The notes below the pieces were generated by a model that did not search any database, was not told where the DNA came from, and saw nothing but the letters and a program-made list of their open reading frames with translations. Shown in pieces: positions 18,047 through 24,125 of a DNA stretch of 45,882 bases. The position numbers were made by a program, and so were the translations under genes. The DNA is from an uncultured Candidatus Saccharibacteria bacterium (lineage in GTDB: Bacteria; Patescibacteriota; Minisyncoccia; Phycocordibacterales; DATDSR01), in NCBI GenBank assembly GCA_964348575.1, contig CAYGDD010000002.1:1-45882 (forward strand), read 5' to 3'. The first letter of the stretch is position 1, and every line of letters begins with the position of its first letter.

Positions 18047-19739
18047 ACTTTTGCTTCTCGGCGCACTCTTGCTTATAGCGAGTGGAGTCTTTAGCATCCG
18101 ATTGTACGGCTTACAAATTTCGCAAGGTGAAGAGTTGCGTGAGGTGGCCAACAATCAATACTACACAGCCAGTGAGAACACTCCCTACAGTAGGGGTAGT
18201 ATCTTTTTTACAGAGAAGGGCGGGGCTAGGATTACAGCTGCGGGTATTAATAGTGGCTATATCCTAGCCATAAATCCTAGTAAAATCACAGACCCACAGA
18301 AGCTATACTCCAAGCTCAATGAAGTGGTGACTCTTGACTATGAGGCCTATCTGTCTAAAAGTAGCAAGAAGGACGACCCTTATGAAGAGTTAAGGACGCA
18401 TCTGTCACAAGCAGAGGCTGAAGAGATAAAGTCTCTAGAGTTAGAGGGGGTTACCTTGGTCAAGGAACAATGGAGGTTCTACCCTGCCAATGCCCTAGGC
18501 GCCCAAATTGTGGGGTTCGTTGGCTTTGGTAAGGATGGGTTGAAGGGTCAGTATGGCGTGGAGCATCAGTTTGACCAGAGCCTAAGTCGAGAATCCACCA
18601 GCATTTACAAAAATTTCTTCAAGAATCTCTTTAGCGATATTTCTAGTCAGGTATTAGTTGCTGATAGCGAGCGCAAAGCAGATATCAATCTAACCATAGA
18701 GCCTAGAGTCCAGGCATATAGCGAATCTGTAATAAGTGATGTGGTAAATAAGTGGCATGCTAAATCGGGCTCAATAACAATAATTGATCCGGTCACGGGT
18801 GAGATCGTGGCCCTGGCTATGAGTCCAACATTTGACCCAAATAAATATTCTACACAGGAGAATGCGGAGGCCTACAGTAATAATGTAGTAGAGAAAGTGT
18901 ATGAAATGGGTTCAATAATGAAGCCTCTAACAATCGCTGCCGGCCTAGATAGTGGGGCAATAAATACGGACAGTACTTATTTAGACAAGGGAGTAATAGA
19001 GCTTGATGGAAAGGTAATCGGTAATTATGATAAGCGTGGTCGTGGCACAGTGGGCCTGCAAGACATACTCAATCAGTCGCTTAACACGGGTACAGTCTTC
19101 GTAGTCTCCAAGATGGGTCACGATAGATATCTAGAATATTTGAAGAGATACGGCTTTTTTGACCGTACGGGCATAGACTTGCCCAACGAGGCAAATAATC
19201 TGGTCTCCAATTTGACCAACGGCAAGGATGTTGAGTACGCCACGGCTTCCTTTGGTCAGGGCATAGCCGTCTCGCCTATCTCTATGACAAGAGCTCTCGC
19301 TTCACTGGCTAACGGAGGCTACCTTATCAAGCCCCAGATAGTTAAATCAGTTGACTATACTCTTGGAGGCACAGAGGTAACCAAAGTGACGGAGCAGGGT
19401 CGAACAATAAGTAACGAGGCTAGCGAAGAGGTTACGCGGATGCTTGTAAACGTGGTAGACAAATATCTTGCCAACGGCAAGGTTCGTATGGAACACTACA
19501 GTATTGCAGCCAAGACAGGCACTGCAGAGCTTCAAGATTCTCTGAGAGGTGGTTATTATACTGATCGCTACCTGCACACCTTCTTTGGCTACTTTCCCGC
19601 ATACAAACCAAGATTTCTTGTCCTGCTTATACTAGAGGAACCTCGGGATATACGCTATGCCTCAGAGACCTTATCTATGCCCTTCAAGGACACAGTGGAG
19701 TATTTAATAAACTACTATCAAATCTCACCGGACAGATGA
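18027..19739 (+). CDS. ftsI: Penicillin-binding protein (FtsI/PBP3-type division transpeptidase)
   Basis: 570 aa with a TM anchor, SIMKP (SxxK), SLN (SxN) and KTGTA motifs, in the dcw context. Confidence 0.88.
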   Translation: MRQGQGRLLLLGALLLIASGVFSIRLYGLQISQGEELREVANNQYYTASENTPYSRGSIFFTEKGGARITAAGINSGYILAINPSKITDPQKLYSKLNEVVTLDYEAYLSKSSKKDDPYEELRTHLSQAEAEEIKSLELEGVTLVKEQWRFYPANALGAQIVGFVGFGKDGLKGQYGVEHQFDQSLSRESTSIYKNFFKNLFSDISSQVLVADSERKADINLTIEPRVQAYSESVISDVVNKWHAKSGSITIIDPVTGEIVALAMSPTFDPNKYSTQENAEAYSNNVVEKVYEMGSIMKPLTIAAGLDSGAINTDSTYLDKGVIELDGKVIGNYDKRGRGTVGLQDILNQSLNTGTVFVVSKMGHDRYLEYLKRYGFFDRTGIDLPNEANNLVSNLTNGKDVEYATASFGQGIAVSPISMTRALASLANGGYLIKPQIVKSVDYTLGGTEVTKVTEQGRTISNEASEEVTRMLVNVVDKYLANGKVRMEHYSIAAKTGTAELQDSLRGGYYTDRYLHTFFGYFPAYKPRFLVLLILEEPRDIRYASETLSMPFKDTVEYLINYYQISPDR

Positions 19740-21070
19740 TAAAAAATTTGTACAAAAAGTTTATTTTTTCAATCATGACTCTAGAGGCGCGTATGGTGTT
19801 AGCAATCACGCGTCCCAGAGTAATCGCAATTACAGGTACTATTGGTAAAACTACTACTAAGGATCTAATCTATGCTGTGCTAGCAAGTAGTCTAGAGGTT
19901 AGGAAGAATGTTAAGAGCTATAATTCGGCTATCGGCGTACCGCTTACTATCCTTGGTTTAGACAGTGCGTGGTCATCACCCCTAGGCTGGCTAGTTAACA
20001 CCCTCAAGGGAAGCCAGGTAGTAATTAAGTGTCTAATTAATCCCAGTTCGTATCCTAAGTTCTTAGTGCTGGAAGTGGGAGCAGATCATCCGGGTGACAT
20101 AGGGAACATAGTTTCGTGGCTTAGACCCGAGATGGGTCTCTTGACAGGGATTGGTAACGAAGTGCCAGTGCATGTTGAGTTCTTCCCTAACATCGAAGCC
20201 GTCATAGTAGAAAAGTCAAAACTTCTCAAATCCCTTCCAAGTAACGGCACAGCCTTCATTAATCATGATGACGCGAGAGCTTGGGGCGTGAGAGATTGCA
20301 CTAAGGCGTCAGTTGTGTCGTACGGCCTAGGCCCCGGTTGCGAGATTAAGGGTAGTAATCTAAATATTGCTTATGATAATTCTGGCCTGCCAATGGGTAT
20401 GTCGCTTAGGGTAGACCATAACGGCAAGAGTGTCCCAATTAGACTGATGGGCGTCCTTGGTGGGGGCAGTGCTGCTGCATCTATGGCCGCCATAGCCGTT
20501 GCTCTTAGGATGGGGATAAATTTTGTTGATATAGCCGAGGCTCTACAGGCACACAAGTTTGCCTCCGGGCGTATGCGTCTATTAAAAGGTCTCAATAATT
20601 GTATGCTGATAGATGACACATACAACTCCTCACCATCTGCGGTACGCATGGCTCTTGATACCCTGCATGAGCTCAACTTGGAACCTAAGGTTCCAAGTAA
20701 TAATGCGGGGCGTAAGATTGCCGTGTTGGGTGCCATGCTTGAGCTCGGTCTGCATAGCGAAAGCGAACACAAGAAGGTTGGCGAATGGCTACGTGGTGTG
20801 GTAGATGTAGTTGTGTGTGTGGGCCCCCTGGGTAGAGCAATAGGTGAGTCGGCTTTGGCTGATGGCTGTGAGAAGCGTCAGGTGCACTTCTTTGCTACTG
20901 CCATAGAAGCTGGAGAGTTTCTTAAAGCTTTTGTTAGAAGTGGTGACGTAGTATTACTTAAAGCTTCTCAATCAGTAAGATTGGAACAAGCAACCAAGAT
21001 GCTTTTGGCAGATCCGTCTCAAGCCTCCAAATTATTAGTTCGTCAAGAACGTGAGTGGCTAGATAGATAG
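19736..21070 (+). CDS. murF: UDP-N-acetylmuramoyl-tripeptide--D-alanyl-D-alanine ligase
   Basis: 444 aa with the Mur ligase P-loop ITGTIGKTTTKD and a MurF-type DDTYNSSPSA motif. Confidence 0.85.
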   Translation: MIKNLYKKFIFSIMTLEARMVLAITRPRVIAITGTIGKTTTKDLIYAVLASSLEVRKNVKSYNSAIGVPLTILGLDSAWSSPLGWLVNTLKGSQVVIKCLINPSSYPKFLVLEVGADHPGDIGNIVSWLRPEMGLLTGIGNEVPVHVEFFPNIEAVIVEKSKLLKSLPSNGTAFINHDDARAWGVRDCTKASVVSYGLGPGCEIKGSNLNIAYDNSGLPMGMSLRVDHNGKSVPIRLMGVLGGGSAAASMAAIAVALRMGINFVDIAEALQAHKFASGRMRLLKGLNNCMLIDDTYNSSPSAVRMALDTLHELNLEPKVPSNNAGRKIAVLGAMLELGLHSESEHKKVGEWLRGVVDVVVCVGPLGRAIGESALADGCEKRQVHFFATAIEAGEFLKAFVRSGDVVLLKASQSVRLEQATKMLLADPSQASKLLVRQEREWLDR

Positions 21071-21116
21071 AAAGTACGAGTAGTTAAGACTAGATTAAAC
21101 TTATAAGAAAAGAATA

Positions 21117-21142
21117 ACCGCTGGGGGAAGGCCCCCAACGGT
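21117..21142 (-). terminator. Rho-independent terminator of the GC-rich 138-aa gene
   Basis: ACCGCTGGGGG-AAGG-CCCCCAACGGT hairpin with one mismatch. On the minus strand it is followed by TATTCTTTTCTT, and it starts 1 nt after the stop codon. Confidence 0.7.
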
Positions 21143-21143
21143 A

Positions 21144-21560
21144 TCAGTCTCGTAGCGCCAGGGCCTGCTCCGTGAAGCAGGCTACTAGCACCAAGTCACG
21201 GTTAGTGACATTGCGAGTCACCTTCCGAGTCCTGGCCTCCGCCTTGTGACGGACGTCCACCCACTCCTCCTTACTGGTTCTGCCACCAGCGGCAGCAATC
21301 ACAGGAAGAGTAACAACAAATTCCACGGCAAGGAGGTAGTACCCACTCGGTAGTAAGCCGAGGTTCTCCTGCACCCTACCCTTGGTATTTGCTGGCACGA
21401 AATTATGGGGCTCGGTCTGCTCTCGCTCAATGCGAGTAGTGACTAAGTCACCCACCAACGGCTCTCGGTACCCGGTAGGAGGAGTGTATTTTGCTCCCCC
21501 TTCTTTTTTCCTTCTTCTTCTCTTCCACCTCACAGTGCTAGTTGCAGTGGTTGCTGGCAT
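21144..21560 (-). CDS. Hypothetical 138-aa protein with an Arg/Lys-rich N-terminus (island unit U1)
   Basis: I chose the ATG at 21560 (Met17 of the tracked ORF) because GGAGG (21568-21572) lies 7 nt upstream and the promoter occupies the rest of the tracked N-terminus. G+C/GC3 is higher than in the flanking genes. No family was recognised. Confidence 0.6.
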   Translation of the reverse strand: MPATTATSTVRWKRRRRKKEGGAKYTPPTGYREPLVGDLVTTRIEREQTEPHNFVPANTKGRVQENLGLLPSGYYLLAVEFVVTLPVIAAAGGRTSKEEWVDVRHKAEARTRKVTRNVTNRDLVLVACFTEQALALRD

Positions 21561-21579
21561 GGTGTTCCCTCCAATTAGC

Positions 21580-21608
21580 ATTATACCATAGGCATATATA
21601 TAATGCAA
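21580..21608 (-). promoter_or_regulatory. Near-consensus promoter TTGCAT-17-TATAAT for U1
   Basis: Minus strand: TTGCAT (21603-21608), 17-nt spacer, TATAAT (21580-21585), then GGAGG and ATG. Confidence 0.65.
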
Positions 21609-21671
21609 GGGTTATCCACAGATACTGTAGTTAGTCTTGGTGAATAAGTATGTGTGACGAGTAGGTAAGAG

Positions 21672-21700
21672 TGGAAAATTAGCAAGAAATAGGCTATATT
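21672..21700 (+). promoter_or_regulatory. Candidate promoter upstream of the tRNA-Glu leader (TGGAAA-17-TATATT)
   Basis: TGGAAA at 21672-21677, 17-nt spacer, TATATT at 21695-21700. The -35 box is weak. Confidence 0.35.
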
Positions 21701-21893
21701 AAGCGAGTCAGCCTAATGTGTCTTGGCCTAAATCCACAGTAGTGGATCGGCCGAACATTTTGCTGGCAAAATGTTTTAGGCCCTATCGTCTCCACCTACG
21801 CTCAAACTTGCGTATGAGCTTCGGAGGGACAAGTATCGGTAAATCACCCATGCTTGCCCTGCGAAGCTCCGATGTAAATCGGAGCGAAGTAGG

Positions 21894-21965
21894 GGCCCTA
21901 TCGTCTATCGGTTAGGACACAAGCTTCTCAAGCTTGGAAGCGGAGTTCGACTCTCCGTAGGGTCA
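21894..21965 (+). tRNA. tRNA-Glu (anticodon CUC), CCA not encoded
   Basis: Manual cloverleaf: acceptor GGCCCTA/TAGGGTC (one G-U), D-arm GTCT-ATCGGTTA-GGAC, anticodon arm CAAGC-TTCTCAA-GCTTG, variable GAAG, T-arm CGGAG-TTCGACT-CTCCG, discriminator A. The TCGTCTA...AGGACA D-region is typical of tRNA-Glu. Confidence 0.85.
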
Positions 21966-21980
21966 CAAATCGTAACAAAA

Positions 21981-22006
21981 ACACCCCATCTACGTGGGGT
22001 GTTTTT
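21981..22006 (+). terminator. Rho-independent terminator after tRNA-Glu
   Basis: ACACCCCA-TCTACG-TGGGGTGT followed by TTTT. Confidence 0.75.
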
Positions 22007-22011
22007 GTCAG

Positions 22012-22138
22012 AGAGCAAACTGCTTTGCTCTTGTGCGATTTGTGAAGACGGAAGCATGTTTTGCTACCAAGCAAAACGGCTGAGTCCGGGGCTGGGAAAT
22101 TCAGTTTCGACGGAAACTGAATTATTGTGGCTCACAAT
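22012..22138. repeat. Cluster of four perfect short hairpins
   Basis: AGAGCAAA-CTGC-TTTGCTCT (22012-22031). GTTTTGCT-ACCA-AGCAAAAC (22058-22077). AATTCAGTTTC-GACG-GAAACTGAATT (22098-22123). ATTGTG-GCT-CACAAT (22124-22138). Confidence 0.7.
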
Positions 22139-22200
22139 ATCACGTATGCGTAGCATTCCATTGTCTAGTCGAGGGAGTCATTCTCCGTAGTTCCCCAACA

Positions 22201-22370
22201 AGAAATAAACGGTGTCAGGTACCGTTTCTGTATGATATTATCCAGTCATGTTTGGGGCATTACATAAGGCTGAGAGTGTTTACCATGTCCCAAACTGAGC
22301 TAACGAGAGGCCTTTAGTATTTGACCAAAAAAAGTACCTGACCCCTTTTATCCCTGACCCCTTTTATCTT
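22201..22370 (+). repeat. 170-bp direct repeat, copy A (MITE-like, subterminal inverted repeats)
   Basis: Identical to 23347-23516 at every position I compared by eye. The left arm ATAAACGGTGTCAGGTAC (22205-22222) is a 16/18 inverted copy of GTACCTGACCCCTTTTAT (22334-22351). An internal 11-bp stem pairs 22250-22260 with 22285-22295. Confidence 0.85.
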
Positions 22371-22412
22371 AATGGGGACGGGGTGTTGGGTGCTGTGGGG
22401 GGAGACAAATGC

Positions 22413-22440
22413 TTGACAAGGTCAAGTCGGCTAGTGTAAT
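22413..22440 (+). promoter_or_regulatory. Promoter of island unit U2 (TTGACA-16-TGTAAT)
   Basis: TTGACA at 22413-22418 is embedded in the palindrome CTTGAC-AAG-GTCAAG (22412-22426). TGTAAT lies at 22435-22440. Confidence 0.6.
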
Positions 22441-22446
22441 GTAAGA

Positions 22447-23121
22447 TTGGAAGTTAGGCCGTCGAATGGCCGGAAATGGAGGAACACTTTGCCGATCTTC
22501 AACATCAGATTGATCCCACAGAACAAGGGCGACGACTTCTATCGTCGCATCTACGAAGACATGGTGGCAGTCGTTATGGCCGATCGTCAGTTGCAGAAGC
22601 GCTTCGAAGACCACAGGCAACTGAGCTTCTGCTTCAACGCTGACCTCATGGAGTACGGCATGGGGGAGGAAGTAGTGATCGAGGTTACGCGCATGCCACA
22701 GATCGAGGGCGTGCCCTGGGCAAGGATCGCCGCCGAACTTGGCCTCTCCATCACCACCCTGCTGCCCGACACCAAGCTGGTCAACGTTTACATCGGATCC
22801 GAAACCGCGCCCTTGGCCGAGTGGTCTTCTGCGGACATGGAGATCAACTTCCAGGAGTGGTGCGACCGGACCATGCACCTCTCGGAGACGGAATCATCCA
22901 TCAAGTCCCGCCTGGGCCAGCTGATGCTCCGCTACAAGGAGCCTCTCGTCCGGCACATCTTCAAGAGTGTCGCAGAGAAGGAGTTTGACGCTCACATCAT
23001 GCGCCTGCTTCACGAGCTCACTGGTGAGGATCCTGTCCACGAGTATGATCGGGGCAAGATCCGAGTCATGGCTGCTTTCTGGATGGGATGGGGCCGAACC
23101 GCTGGCTACGACACTCTGTAA
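22447..23121 (+). CDS. Hypothetical ~210-224-aa protein with a central helix-turn-helix-like segment (island unit U2)
   Basis: Strongly GC3-biased ORF flanked by a promoter and a terminator. The tracked TTG start is at 22447. A better start is the TTG at 22489, 6 nt after GGAGG (22478-22482). WARIAAELGLSITTL resembles an HTH. No family was recognised. Confidence 0.65.
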   Translation: MEVRPSNGRKWRNTLPIFNIRLIPQNKGDDFYRRIYEDMVAVVMADRQLQKRFEDHRQLSFCFNADLMEYGMGEEVVIEVTRMPQIEGVPWARIAAELGLSITTLLPDTKLVNVYIGSETAPLAEWSSADMEINFQEWCDRTMHLSETESSIKSRLGQLMLRYKEPLVRHIFKSVAEKEFDAHIMRLLHELTGEDPVHEYDRGKIRVMAAFWMGWGRTAGYDTL

Positions 23122-23346
23122 CCCACCGAGCCCTGGTGGTCCGACACGATACGCGATAGCGTCGTGATTGGGCCCCGGGCTCGATTTGTTTTAATACTTG
23201 ATTTATTTCAAACAAAGAGTAGTGCTTAATGGTGTGCTTAATGGTGTCAGGAACCTTTAATTTCAGCAACCCTTAATTTTCAGGTAGGCCAAAGCAGGTC
23301 TCACTTGTTAGACTCTCTGGGATCAGGTGTAGGAATAAACGGTGTC

Positions 23347-23516
23347 AGAAATAAACGGTGTCAGGTACCGTTTCTGTATGATATTATCCAGTCATGTTTG
23401 GGGCATTACATAAGGCTGAGAGTGTTTACCATGTCCCAAACTGAGCTAACGAGAGGCCTTTAGTATTTGACCAAAAAAAGTACCTGACCCCTTTTATCCC
23501 TGACCCCTTTTATCTT
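23347..23516 (+). repeat. 170-bp direct repeat, copy B
   Basis: Identical by eye to 22201-22370. It is preceded by an extra partial copy of its own first 15 nt (AATAAACGGTGTCAG at 23334-23348). Confidence 0.85.
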
Positions 23517-23637
23517 CGACAATTACATCACATATGGCAGATTAGCTCTCTATCTATAGCCGGTCGTAATTCTGCGTCTAGATAACACTTGCATGCTTTA
23601 CTTAAGCGATAGCAATTCTATTATTCTATTGAGTGCA

Positions 23638-23667
23638 TTGACAAAATGGATAATGTGTGCATATAAT
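23638..23667 (+). promoter_or_regulatory. Consensus promoter TTGACA-18-TATAAT of island unit U3
   Basis: TTGACA at 23638-23643 and TATAAT at 23662-23667. Confidence 0.65.
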
Positions 23668-23868
23668 GTATGTAGCTAACTAGTAACAGTATCGAAGGAG
23701 AACTCGTTATAGTTAGTAGATCTCTAAAATGATTCTGGAACCCTCTTGGAGTTACTTAGCTAGTACCTAACAACTAGCAACTAGTACCTACAAGAGGGAG
23801 GTGCGCGCTTTAGTCGCACCTGGACTTGCCTAGTCAGCAAGTGACAGCCCCTCGCTAAGGACAGAGTT

Positions 23869-24060
23869 ATGTTCAGAGCGATTGGATTTGTCATAGTGCT
23901 TCTAGCAGTCCGGTTCCTTATGCCAGTGGCCTTCCACTCGGCAGAGGACACCCTCGTTCAGGTCTTTGGCGCCTTGCAGAGCGCCGTGGCAGAAGTAAGC
24001 CAAAACAACCTGCTTGCCTCGCCATCAGGCGGGCTTGCCTCGCCTACGGTAAGTAGGTAG
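23869..24060 (+). CDS. Small 63-aa hydrophobic/secreted peptide (island unit U3)
   Basis: AAGGA (23857-23861) lies 7 nt before the ATG. The N-terminal segment MFRAIGFVIVLLAVRFLMPVAFHSA looks like a TM helix or signal peptide. G+C is high and a terminator follows directly. Confidence 0.5.
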   Translation: MFRAIGFVIVLLAVRFLMPVAFHSAEDTLVQVFGALQSAVAEVSQNNLLASPSGGLASPTVSR

Positions 24061-24067
24061 TCACCAA

Positions 24068-24100
24068 CCCTGTCGCTCGCGAGCGACGGGGTTCTTGCTT
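24068..24100 (+). terminator. Rho-independent terminator after U3
   Basis: CCCTGTCGCT-CGCG-AGCGACGGGG hairpin (one G-U pair) followed by TTCTTGCTT. Confidence 0.65.
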
Positions 24101-24125
24101 ATCTAATATTTGCTACAATAGGGTT

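Noticed and set aside
21718-21915. 65-aa plus-strand ORF across the tRNA leader and into the tRNA.
   Set aside because: It overlaps a well-formed tRNA-Glu and a series of perfect hairpins. The region is most likely non-coding RNA or DNA structure.
21999-22190. 63-aa plus-strand ORF over the hairpin cluster.
   Set aside because: The reading frame is built from palindromic stems. There is no SD or promoter, and it starts inside the tRNA terminator.
22369-22878. 169-aa minus-strand ORF and other overlapping ORFs (22587-22784, 22739-22924, 22967-23167) in the U2 region.
   Set aside because: These are typical shadow ORFs of a GC3-rich gene. The promoter, SD, terminator and codon third-position bias all support the plus-strand 22447/22489-23121 frame.
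23066-23269. 67-aa minus-strand ORF in the AT-rich repeat spacer running into the U2 3' end.
   Set aside because: Its TIKHTIKH segment is just the translation of the tandem DNA repeat. It is antisense to the U2 terminator and coding end and has no start signals.
22201-23516. The 170-bp repeats as a DGR template/variable repeat pair, retron msr/msd, or CRISPR-like repeat.
   Set aside because: The copies look identical, with no adenine-specific differences. No reverse transcriptase or cas gene is present, and there are only two copies with a 976-bp spacer.
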